Notes under the pieces: model-generated
What the model saw: the letters and a program-made list of their open reading frames with translations, nothing else
Told to the model about the DNA's origin: nothing
The model's database searches: none
Translations under genes and position numbers: made by a program
NCBI GenBank assembly: GCA_003104935.1
Contig: PQAE01000003.1
Location: 9,350 to 73,349, forward strand
DNA length: 64,000 nucleotides
Reading direction: 5' to 3'
Source: Parcubacteria group bacterium
GTDB lineage: Bacteria; Patescibacteriota; Patescibacteriia; UBA1558; GWA2-36-10
Shown: positions 40,191 through 48,116 of the stretch, one piece after another
Position numbering within the stretch: position 1 is the first letter of the stretch
How the letters are laid out: every line of letters begins with the position of its first letter

Positions 40191-40691
40191 ATGGGCGCGC
40201 TGTTGAGCAAAAAAGCTGCCAGCATGGCCATTTCCATCATCTCGCCGAGCGTGATCCAGCTGCTCCGCCAATCGATAATTCTTGGCGGAATCTTCAAGCG
40301 AGGACAGCTGCACGTGGTCGTCTTGGATCCCACGTCGAGATGGGAACAAGGGGCAGAGATCATCGACGCTGTCCTGGCCGAGTACACCTTCAACGAGGAC
40401 AACCGGCCACTGGAAGGACCCTATCGCGACATCGCGTTGGGCAAAGCCATGGTGTCCTGGCGCACTGGCCAACCGTCCGGCTGGGTCGCCCAGTTCGCGC
40501 CTCATCTTCTGCTTCCCGGCGACTCCAAGCACCGTGGCTCCTGGGTCACGGACGGTATCGTGACCACCGCCAGCGGCGTGCAAGGCTACTTCGACGAGAT
40601 GGTCGCCAAGTGGCTCGGCGCGGCCTGCAGTGCCCTGAGTCGGCATCAGATGGAAGCCATCATCCTGGACAAGGAACGCGACACAGTCTGA
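40191..40691 (+). CDS. High-GC (about 60%) cargo gene; possibly GlcG/HbpS-like (DUF336) haem-binding family protein
   Basis: AAAGGA RBS 9 nt upstream. Codon third positions are GC-rich, unlike the neighbours. The motif pattern (VVVLDPTS...DIALGKAMVS...PGDSKHRGSWVTDGIVTTASGVQG...) loosely fits DUF336 but this was not searched. All six frames are open here, a signature of high-GC DNA. Confidence 0.55.
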   Translation: MGALLSKKAASMAISIISPSVIQLLRQSIILGGIFKRGQLHVVVLDPTSRWEQGAEIIDAVLAEYTFNEDNRPLEGPYRDIALGKAMVSWRTGQPSGWVAQFAPHLLLPGDSKHRGSWVTDGIVTTASGVQGYFDEMVAKWLGAACSALSRHQMEAIILDKERDTV

Positions 40692-40808
40692 TTGCCACGC
40701 GACCAGACAAAACGGCACCCTAAAGATCTTACAACATGTAAATCAACGGGGTGTCGTTTTCGTTTTCCTAGCTAAATTGAGCATATTTTACTTATCCACA
40801 GCTAACTT

Positions 40809-40838
40809 CTTGACGTTCGGTTTTTGTTCGGTATATAA
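40809..40838 (+). promoter_or_regulatory. lexA promoter (TTGACG, 17-nt spacer, ATATAAT)
   Basis: Immediately followed, at 40851-40885, by copy 2 of the roughly 35-nt motif in the operator position. Confidence 0.45.
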
Positions 40839-40850
40839 TAAAGATATTAG

Positions 40851-40885
40851 TTCTCGACTCTCCCACTCCGTGGGATTCGCTCGAA
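40851..40885. promoter_or_regulatory. Copy 2 of the roughly 35-nt structured motif; candidate LexA operator (SOS box)
   Basis: TTCTCGACTCTCCCACTCCGTGGGATTCGCTCGAA lies between the lexA -10 and its start codon. It is the reverse complement of copy 1 with compensatory changes in the central hairpin. Confidence 0.4.
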
Positions 40886-40905
40886 CAAAAATTAACTAAA
40901 ATTCT

Positions 40906-41502
40906 ATGCCTCACTTAACCAAAAAACAAAAGCAGATACTGGATTTTATTACCCAGTTTATCCAGACAAATGATTATGCTCCTAGCTATCGGGAGATCGC
41001 CGAACACTTTGGCCTATCCTCTACCGCTACTATCCACGAGCATGTCATGGCACTGGAAGATAAGGGACTTATCTCCAGCGGCCACGCCGCCCGTTCTCTG
41101 GAGGTAATCAGCCCGCGCTTTGGCAAGAGCATTGAATTGCCCTTGGTAGGTCTGATCACCGCCGGTGCGCCTATAGAGGCCATTGAAGAACACGAGACAA
41201 TTGCTGTGCCGGAAAACTTGGTTAATGACGATAACAGTTTTGTGCTCAAAGTACGCGGCGAATCTATGATCGAGGAAGGAATACTATCCGGCGACTATGT
41301 CATAGTGGAGCGAAACTATTATCCTAAAAACGGTGATGTGGTTGTAGCTCTCTTAGATAATACCTATGCCACTCTCAAAAAATATTATCGGGAAAATAAC
41401 CGCATCAGACTGCAACCGGCCAATAAAACTATGAAGCCGATCTATGCTAAAAATCCGGCTATACAGGGAGTAGTCAAGGCGATCCTAAGAACTTTTGCCT
41501 AG
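40906..41502 (+). CDS. lexA: LexA repressor (S24 peptidase)
   Basis: N-terminal winged helix; C-terminal VRGESMIEEGILSGDYVIVE with Ser and downstream Lys. Confidence 0.85.
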   Translation: MPHLTKKQKQILDFITQFIQTNDYAPSYREIAEHFGLSSTATIHEHVMALEDKGLISSGHAARSLEVISPRFGKSIELPLVGLITAGAPIEAIEEHETIAVPENLVNDDNSFVLKVRGESMIEEGILSGDYVIVERNYYPKNGDVVVALLDNTYATLKKYYRENNRIRLQPANKTMKPIYAKNPAIQGVVKAILRTFA

Positions 41503-41673
41503 AAATATGTCCACCAAGAGAAAATTTAAAATATGGCTACGTCGATTGCTGGCCTTCCGCGAAGACGATTATCTGCGGAAAAAATATGCCCAATTAAGCA
41601 ATCGTCGCTGGACCCTTATATCTAAAAAACAAGCCTTCAAGATGTTTTAGTAGTACTTAATTGGTCAAGTATA

Positions 41674-41702
41674 TTGACAATTTAACATTATTAAGGTATT
41701 AT
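41674..41702 (+). promoter_or_regulatory. Promoter (TTGACA, 17-nt spacer, TATTAT) for rpmA
   Basis: Consensus hexamers with a 17-nt spacer. Confidence 0.5.
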
Positions 41703-41756
41703 AGACCCTGTTAAAACTTTTTAGGTTTTACGCTATAAATAGCATAAAATAATGAT

Positions 41757-42038
41757 ATGGCACATAAAAAAGCCGGTGGTTCTACTAGTTTAGGCCGTGA
41801 TTCACAAAGTAAGCGCTTAGGCGTCAAGCTTTTTGCCGGCCAAAAAGCTCGGGCCGGTTCCATTCTGGTCCGTCAAAGAGGCACTAAGATTCATCCCGGA
41901 AAAAATGTAAAAAAGGGTAGTGACGATACTCTTTTTGCCAAAATTGCGGGCACTGTCGGCTTTCGTGAATTAAAAAAGAGAAAGTTTGACCATTCGCTAA
42001 AACTAACCCGCTACGTGGACGTTATCCCGCAAAAATAA
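41757..42038 (+). CDS. rpmA: 50S ribosomal protein L27
   Basis: [24 protein letters not shown]... Confidence 0.9.
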   Translation: MAHKKAGGSTSLGRDSQSKRLGVKLFAGQKARAGSILVRQRGTKIHPGKNVKKGSDDTLFAKIAGTVGFRELKKRKFDHSLKLTRYVDVIPQK

Positions 42039-42047
42039 TCACATTAA

Positions 42048-42078
42048 AAACCGCCGCATCTGACGCGGCGGTTTTTTG
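42048..42078. terminator. Bidirectional intrinsic terminator (AAAACCGCCGC, loop atctgac, GCGGCGGUUUUUUG) shared by convergent rpmA and ftsX
   Basis: Perfect 9-bp GC stem with an A-run on one side and a U-run on the other. Confidence 0.7.
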
Positions 42079-42084
42079 TTATAT

Positions 42085-43002
42085 TTAAACCTTTAGATAT
42101 TTCCGAATAGCAATAGAGGTGCTAAACATATTTAGAATGGCCAGGGCCAGCCACTCTCCGCCGAAAATCAGCCAGAAATTATCTTGAAAATATCCCTGGA
42201 TGTCTATAACCTGATTACTCTGAAAATAATTATTGAGCAGTGGCTGGATAAAACTGGCCAGTGGATAGATGACGGCCAGCATGATCAATACCGCCGCCAA
42301 GGCATAAAACACTCCTTCCAGTAAAAAAGGTGCTTTGACAAACCAATCAGTAGCGCCCACCAGCTTCATAATCATAATCTCATCCTTGCGACTATAGATA
42401 CTAATCCGGATGGTATTGAAAATAACTATCGCCGAGATAAATATAAAAATAGCGATAATATACCAGCTGTATTTATTGACATTGCGGGAAAGGTCATTGA
42501 TCTTATCAATAAAAGTCTGATAATCATTAAACGATTTCTCCTCAACCAAGCTCTGATATTTTTCCTGATCTATAAACTTGGTAATCACCGGGTACTGTTC
42601 TATATTGTAGGCCTGAATCGCTACCGAATAGGAAAAAGGATTTTCGTCCGCCCCGAAAACCTCCAGGGCTTTTTTGGCTTTGGTGTTTAAGCTGGAATTA
42701 CTGAACATTTCCCGATTTTGCTCTGGGGTGATAATACTGGTTTTTTTGACTTCTGCCAGATTTTCCAGGTCGGCCACAAACTGATCTACCCGCTCCACCC
42801 GCACTCCCGGCTGGAGCGAAATCAAGATATCGATCTTCTGTTCCACCCCTTTTATCGTCGCCGTCTTGACATAATCCATAGTCAACATCAGCGTAACCGA
42901 CAAAACTGCCATCAGCATCATAGTGATGGTCACCAGCGACAGCCAAAAATTACGGAAAAAACCCTGCAAGGCAAATTTGATGATCCTAATAATACTGGTC
43001 AT
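42085..43002 (-). CDS. ftsX: Cell-division ABC transporter permease FtsX
   Basis: Four-TM topology with a large periplasmic loop; directly downstream of ftsE. Confidence 0.8.
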   Translation of the reverse strand: MTSIIRIIKFALQGFFRNFWLSLVTITMMLMAVLSVTLMLTMDYVKTATIKGVEQKIDILISLQPGVRVERVDQFVADLENLAEVKKTSIITPEQNREMFSNSSLNTKAKKALEVFGADENPFSYSVAIQAYNIEQYPVITKFIDQEKYQSLVEEKSFNDYQTFIDKINDLSRNVNKYSWYIIAIFIFISAIVIFNTIRISIYSRKDEIMIMKLVGATDWFVKAPFLLEGVFYALAAVLIMLAVIYPLASFIQPLLNNYFQSNQVIDIQGYFQDNFWLIFGGEWLALAILNMFSTSIAIRKYLKV

Positions 43003-43015
43003 AATTTTTATAATT

Positions 43016-43696
43016 TTATAACATATAGCGGCCTTTGGCCTGATCGCTGATAATGTAACCGCTATCTAGGGTGATTACTCGGCCGTGTAGATTATTAACC
43101 ACGTCTTTATTATGAGTCACCAGCAGGACAGTAGTGCCTAAACTATTTATTTTTTTTAATAAATCTATAATCTCCCGAGTATTGATAGAATCCAGATTAC
43201 CGGTAGGCTCATCCGCTACCAAGAGTTTGGGTTTGTGTACTAAACTGCGGGCGATAGCTACGCGCTGTTGTTCTCCGCCAGAAAGCTGATGCGGATAACG
43301 GTCGGCCTTATCTTTGAGTCCCACCAAAGTCAGCATCTGGGAAACCGTCTTTTTCACCTCTCCCGATCTAAAGCCGCAGGCTTCCATAGCAAATGCAACG
43401 TTTTCATAAACCGTTTTCTTCGGCAATAACTTAAAATCCTGAAAAATCACACCAGTCTGTCGGCGTAAGGTCGGTATCTCATGGTTGCGGATACTACTAA
43501 TGTCCCAACCGCCGATAATCATCTTACCTTTATCAAATTTTTCCTCGGCGATAATCAGCCGTATCAGAGTAGATTTTCCCGAGCCGCTTTGTCCGACTAT
43601 AGAGACAAACTCACCCGGTTTAACGTGCAGATTGATATCACGCAAAGCCCGGACATCCTTGCCATAGGTTTTTGTCAAATCAAAAATTTTTATCAT
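43016..43696 (-). CDS. ftsE: Cell-division ABC transporter ATPase FtsE
   Basis: [41 protein letters not shown]. Start placed at the internal Met (MIKIFDL) to avoid overlap with the upstream gene. Confidence 0.85.
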   Translation of the reverse strand: MIKIFDLTKTYGKDVRALRDINLHVKPGEFVSIVGQSGSGKSTLIRLIIAEEKFDKGKMIIGGWDISSIRNHEIPTLRRQTGVIFQDFKLLPKKTVYENVAFAMEACGFRSGEVKKTVSQMLTLVGLKDKADRYPHQLSGGEQQRVAIARSLVHKPKLLVADEPTGNLDSINTREIIDLLKKINSLGTTVLLVTHNKDVVNNLHGRVITLDSGYIISDQAKGRYML

Positions 43697-43700
43697 ATTT

Positions 43701-44615
43701 TTAACTTTGATAAATCCGGGTAACCTGAGCCCCCTCAAGATAATCCTGCAAAAACTCTTCCACCGCCTTGGCTTTAATAAAAATCCCTTTAACTTCGTAA
43801 GTGGCCGGTTTATCTTTCTCCGTAACCAGAGATTCTAAATACCAAATAATGTAGGCTCCCGGAGCGATTACTATCTCGCTAAATTTTCCGGGAGTTAATT
43901 TTTTGATCGGCTCATAGAAATTCACCAGGTCGCTTTCGGCCAGCCAAACACTCTTTTCGGCAGAAGCCTGGTCCTCACTATACTGTTTGGCCACGTCGGC
44001 AAATTTTTGTCCGCCCTCCAGAGCACTGTAGGCCTCCTGGGCTTTTTTGGCGCCTGCCGAATCCTGAAAAGTCCCCAACAGATAATCATAGACCTTGGCT
44101 TCTAATATAAAAGGTTTGATCACTAATTTTTTATAATCATCATAAGACAGATCATAATCGTCTTGGGCTTCTTTTTTGAGGGACTCCTCGTCAACGACGT
44201 CGGCTAAATAGGCCGTCATATCTTCCGGGGTTATTTTGATATTATTGTCCCGACTGAGTTTGCCCAGCCAGGCATCTTTGAGCAGTTTGTCCCAGACCAT
44301 CTGGGAGATTTGTTCATCTGTGGGCATAGTATAGGTGGTATCGCCGGAGCTCTGCGCCTTGGCGTAACCGGCAGAAATAAATTTCACCGCTAAATTCTTA
44401 TTCTCCAGATAATCGCTCATATATATATAGAGACGGTCCTGCCCCTTGACTATCGTGCCGGCTTTGAGACGATAGACGCGGGCTATACTATTGGCCCAGG
44501 CGCCGCTGATCTTATGAGCATATACCAACTGTACCAGGGCTACCTGGCTGAAGACCACTACGACTATAATCACAAATATTACTACGTATTTCTTTTGAAA
44601 GTATTTTGTATTCAT
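43701..44615 (-). CDS. Membrane-anchored parvulin-like (PpiC/PrsA/SurA-type) peptidyl-prolyl isomerase/chaperone
   Basis: N-terminal TM; parvulin segment (QKFADVAKQYSEDQASAEKSVWLAESDL...PGKFSEIVIAPGAYIIWYL). Confidence 0.65.
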   Translation of the reverse strand: MNTKYFQKKYVVIFVIIVVVVFSQVALVQLVYAHKISGAWANSIARVYRLKAGTIVKGQDRLYIYMSDYLENKNLAVKFISAGYAKAQSSGDTTYTMPTDEQISQMVWDKLLKDAWLGKLSRDNNIKITPEDMTAYLADVVDEESLKKEAQDDYDLSYDDYKKLVIKPFILEAKVYDYLLGTFQDSAGAKKAQEAYSALEGGQKFADVAKQYSEDQASAEKSVWLAESDLVNFYEPIKKLTPGKFSEIVIAPGAYIIWYLESLVTEKDKPATYEVKGIFIKAKAVEEFLQDYLEGAQVTRIYQS

Positions 44616-44617
44616 AG

Positions 44618-45001
44618 TTATTTAAAAAAATAATCATACCATTTGAGCAGATTGTTCTGCTCCGGCTCTGAAACCACATATTTATTTTGTTCGTCAGTGT
44701 ATAAATTAATCTGTTTTTCACCAGGCAAACTCAGGTTTAATTTTAGTCGTGCTTCCTTCTCGATATAGCTGTCCGTTTGCAGATAGCTGAGCAATTTTTC
44801 CACTTCGTCTTTTTGCCCTTCCAGTTTCTGCCGCTGGGCCTGTAAATCGGCGATTTCCTTGTTTATATCAGCCCGTACTTTAATCTCCCGGACCATCTTA
44901 AACAGGGAAAAAAATAAAACTAAAATTAAAAGAAGCGTAAATATATTTGACTCCCAGATGACTCGCCACTTGCCCTTGTTCTCTATTTTTTGATATTTCA
45001 T
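44618..45001 (-). CDS. ftsB: Septum formation initiator (FtsB/DivIC family)
   Basis: N-terminal TM then a coiled coil (INKEIADLQAQRQKLEGQKDEVEKLL...YIEKEARLKLNL). Confidence 0.75.
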   Translation of the reverse strand: MKYQKIENKGKWRVIWESNIFTLLLILVLFFSLFKMVREIKVRADINKEIADLQAQRQKLEGQKDEVEKLLSYLQTDSYIEKEARLKLNLSLPGEKQINLYTDEQNKYVVSEPEQNNLLKWYDYFFK

Positions 45002-45111
45002 GAAAAATCAGGCTGACCACTGACAGAATTATACCATAATTTTAAATATTTTCCAAAAAAATTGCCTAAGCGCCCGGAAAGTATTATAATATAGGATATC
45101 ATCGTGTGCCA

Positions 45112-46035
45112 ATGAAGATAAATAAAATAAAAACCAAAAGACTAACCTGGATTCATATCAATCATCCGGATAAGGAATCCATGGAATATCTCCGTGAAAA
45201 TTACGATTTTCACCCGCTTGATCTGGAAGACTGTTTGACCAAGATACAGCGCCCGCAAATTAGCGAATATGCACACTATCTTTTTTTTATTCTGACATTT
45301 CCCGTTTATAACCGCCAAACTAAGGAAATCGAATCCAGCGAAGTGGATTTCTTTATCGGCTCTAAATATTTGGTTACCGTCAGCGATGGCGGGGTCGATG
45401 TAGTCGATCGTTTTTTTAATGAAATTAAAACGGACGAATACACCCGGGAAAAATTTACGCTTTCTCCTTTTGCGACCGACCTACTCTACGAGATTTTACA
45501 TCGCCTGCAAAACTATACCTTTCCCATGCTGGACCATGTCAGCCACGATATCGAATCTATAGAAAAAAGGATATTTAGCGGCGAACACCGGGAGCTGGTC
45601 AGGGAAATATTATATATCAAAAGAAACATTGTGGACTTTCGCCGTATCATGCAGGCCCATAAAAATATCGTCAAGAAACTAATGTCTACGCATAATAATT
45701 TTTTTATGCATGACAAGATGAATATTTATTTTAGTAATATTTTGGACCGTACCAAAGACATTTGGGATATCCTGGAAACTCAAAAGGAAAATATCAATGC
45801 CTTTCAGGAGACCCATGAATCGCTGATTAGTTTCCGGCTCAATGATATTATGAAAACCCTGACCATTATTTCCGTAATCATCATCCCGGCTAATCTAATC
45901 GCCAGCCTTTTCGGCATGAACACTATCATCACTCCTATTGTCCAGGATGAAAGGGGATTTTACGAAATTTTAAGTATCATATTAATCACTATTTTGGGAT
46001 TTCTCTTTTATTTCCGCAGTAAAAAATGGCTGTAA
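45112..46035 (+). CDS. corA: CorA-family Mg2+/Co2+ transporter
   Basis: Two C-terminal TM helices with the FGMN signature (LFGMNTII). ATG at 45112 preferred over the GTG at 45106; TATAAT at 45083. Confidence 0.8.
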   Translation: MKINKIKTKRLTWIHINHPDKESMEYLRENYDFHPLDLEDCLTKIQRPQISEYAHYLFFILTFPVYNRQTKEIESSEVDFFIGSKYLVTVSDGGVDVVDRFFNEIKTDEYTREKFTLSPFATDLLYEILHRLQNYTFPMLDHVSHDIESIEKRIFSGEHRELVREILYIKRNIVDFRRIMQAHKNIVKKLMSTHNNFFMHDKMNIYFSNILDRTKDIWDILETQKENINAFQETHESLISFRLNDIMKTLTIISVIIIPANLIASLFGMNTIITPIVQDERGFYEILSIILITILGFLFYFRSKKWL

Positions 46036-46103
46036 TTGCCAAAACGGTTAAACTATTATAGAGTATATTATCCCGCTATCAAGCCGGGATTATTTTTTAA
46101 ACA

Positions 46104-47078
46104 ATGAATAATAACTTTTGGCAAAATCTATCCAAACCCCTGATTACCACCACGCCCATGGCCGGTATCACTGATTCGGCTTGGCGTCAAATCTGCAAGT
46201 CCTGGGGTGCTGATGTCGTCCATACGGAATTTGTCTCGGCTGATGCCCTTTTTTATGGCAGTAAAAAAACACTAAAGATGATTGAATATAAAACCATGGA
46301 ACAGCCGGTGGTAGTTCAGCTCTTTGGCAGGCGTCCGGAGATGTATGCCACTGCCGCCAAGATCGTCGAGGCTACGGGCGTAGCGGGTATTGATATTAAC
46401 TTTGGCTGCCCGGCAAGGAAAGTAGCACATCACGGCGGCGGCATCTGCCTGCTCCGTGATATGCCTACGGTTCGAAAAATTGTGGAGTTAACCATCGGTG
46501 CCGTAAAAATTCCAGTATCCGTCAAAAGCCGCATTGGCCTCAATAAGATCCAAGGAAAACCGGAACAAGGTCAAATCACTATTTTTGACCTGATAAGCGC
46601 TCTGGCAAATCTACCGGTAGCGGCTATGATTGTCCACGGTCGCACTTATGAGACTCCTTTTACCGGACCGGTCGATCTGGATTTACTCAGGCGAGCCAGA
46701 GAGGAATTCAAGTCGGGAGTGTTTTTGATAAACGGATCATTTCAGACAGTAGATTCGGTAGTTAACGATCTAAACTATACCAAGGCCGATGGCATAGCTT
46801 TGTCCCGATCATTATACGGGCGGCCCTGGCTATTTAAACAAATTAAAGACTATATCCGTGCCGGCAAATATACGGAAATTACTTGGCCGGAAGTAAAAGA
46901 AACCGCTATCCGCCACGCTCATTTACTGTTTGAAGACAAAGGACCAAAGGGCTTTGTGGAAATGCGTAAACACCTATTATTTTATGTAAAAGGCCACGAA
47001 AGGGCTTCAGAATTACGTCAAGAATTGGTAAATGTGACAAATCCACAAGAAGTAAAAAAAATATTTAATAAACTATAA
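46104..47078 (+). CDS. dus: tRNA-dihydrouridine synthase
   Basis: MAGITDSAWRQICKSWGADVVHTEFVSADAL; FGCPARKV...GGICLL (catalytic Cys). Confidence 0.85.
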   Translation: MNNNFWQNLSKPLITTTPMAGITDSAWRQICKSWGADVVHTEFVSADALFYGSKKTLKMIEYKTMEQPVVVQLFGRRPEMYATAAKIVEATGVAGIDINFGCPARKVAHHGGGICLLRDMPTVRKIVELTIGAVKIPVSVKSRIGLNKIQGKPEQGQITIFDLISALANLPVAAMIVHGRTYETPFTGPVDLDLLRRAREEFKSGVFLINGSFQTVDSVVNDLNYTKADGIALSRSLYGRPWLFKQIKDYIRAGKYTEITWPEVKETAIRHAHLLFEDKGPKGFVEMRKHLLFYVKGHERASELRQELVNVTNPQEVKKIFNKL

Positions 47079-47135
47079 TCACTGAGTAAACGCAGGAAAG
47101 CCTAAAAACTTGGACTTTTTGATATATTTCAACTA

Positions 47136-47164
47136 TTGACAAAATATCAAATATATGCTATTAT
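47136..47164 (+). promoter_or_regulatory. Promoter (TTGACA, 17-nt spacer, TATTAT) for the high-GC gene at 47252
   Basis: Host-like AT-rich promoter sequence directly upstream of a foreign-composition ORF. Confidence 0.5.
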
Positions 47165-47251
47165 TATATATTCATCGTTCATAGAAACAACTAAATTCCT
47201 GCGAATTCCGTAACTTGGTAACCAAATTGTCCAGCCCTAAGGAGGCTTGCA

Positions 47252-48028
47252 ATGTCCAGCAAGAGTGCGTATAAGCCGGCCGAAATCCGGTCGATCAATT
47301 CCTGGGCCAACCGCAGTATGCGGATGAGCCAAAAGAGAATGACACTCATCGGCATTTTCGGCCTGATCGCACTGCTACTCGGCATGTTCTGCCGGGTGGC
47401 AATCAGTGAAGGAGCTACTCTCCCCGATTCTCTGGAACTGAGGGCTCTGCAGTTGCAGGCCGCTGGAAGAGTTGTCGCGGCAGACAGTCTGCGAAAGGTC
47501 TTTACCGCACAAATCGTTTTGGCGGAGCGCCAAAAAGCAATCCAGGATTCCCTCACTGCCCTTCAGAAAGCCGCTCAGCTGGAGCTGTACCGCCGGCATC
47601 TGGACGCCAAGGTCAAGCTCTGGTCGTCCTGGGATGCCAAAGTCACTCCTCTGCCGATCGATTCGGTGTGGGTCTGGGCCGGCTGCGACTTCGACAAGCT
47701 CAATTGGTTGGCCGCTCGGTATCATATTCAGTACGACATCAAGTCGTCACTGAACGACAATGCGACGCGCATGGCCAATGAGATGAAAGCACGCAAGCAA
47801 TTGCGCACTGAAGTTAGCCGCCAGCTGAGAACCCAGTTGACCGGACTCACCTCGCAGGTGAACAAACTCGAACAGCGCGTGGACGCCTGCGAACAGAACA
47901 TCGCGGCCATTCGAAAAGCCGTGGTGAAAAACGGCTTTGACATCGGAGCCGCCCTCTCCGTCCTGGAGCAGACGGCCGGTGTGGCCTGTGTCAACGCCGC
48001 GCGCGGAAAAGCGCGACAAGATAAGTAG
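47252..48028 (+). CDS. High-GC (about 57%) cargo gene: N-terminally anchored coiled-coil membrane protein of unknown function
   Basis: AAGGAGG RBS 7 nt upstream; one TM (LIGIFGLIALLLGMFCRVAI) then a heptad-rich region; strong terminator downstream; all six frames open, a GC artefact. Confidence 0.6.
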   Translation: MSSKSAYKPAEIRSINSWANRSMRMSQKRMTLIGIFGLIALLLGMFCRVAISEGATLPDSLELRALQLQAAGRVVAADSLRKVFTAQIVLAERQKAIQDSLTALQKAAQLELYRRHLDAKVKLWSSWDAKVTPLPIDSVWVWAGCDFDKLNWLAARYHIQYDIKSSLNDNATRMANEMKARKQLRTEVSRQLRTQLTGLTSQVNKLEQRVDACEQNIAAIRKAVVKNGFDIGAALSVLEQTAGVACVNAARGKARQDK

Positions 48029-48043
48029 TAAGAGGTAACAAAA

Positions 48044-48095
48044 GCCGCCCCGACAAATCGCGTTAGCGATGAAGTCGGGGCGGCTTCTTCAATTT
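48044..48095. terminator. Intrinsic terminator (GCCGCCCCGAC, 19-nt loop, GUCGGGGCGGC, then UUCUUCAAUUU) between convergent genes
   Basis: 11-bp GC stem followed by a T-rich run. Confidence 0.6.
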
Positions 48096-48116
48096 AAATC
48101 AATTTTTTCTTGCTAA

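Noticed and set aside
40128-40723. Multiple long overlapping ORFs on both strands (40170-40718 minus, 40184-40402 minus, 40282-40563 plus, 40340-40723 plus)
   Set aside because: All six frames are open because the segment is about 60% GC. Only the 40191-40691 frame has an RBS, sensible start, codon-position GC bias and operon context.
47191-48028. Antisense and alternative-frame ORFs (47191-47556 minus, 47375-47725 minus, 47472-47753 plus, 47728-47994 minus, 47747-48019 minus)
   Set aside because: The same high-GC artefact; the 47252-48028 plus frame alone has an SD and promoter.
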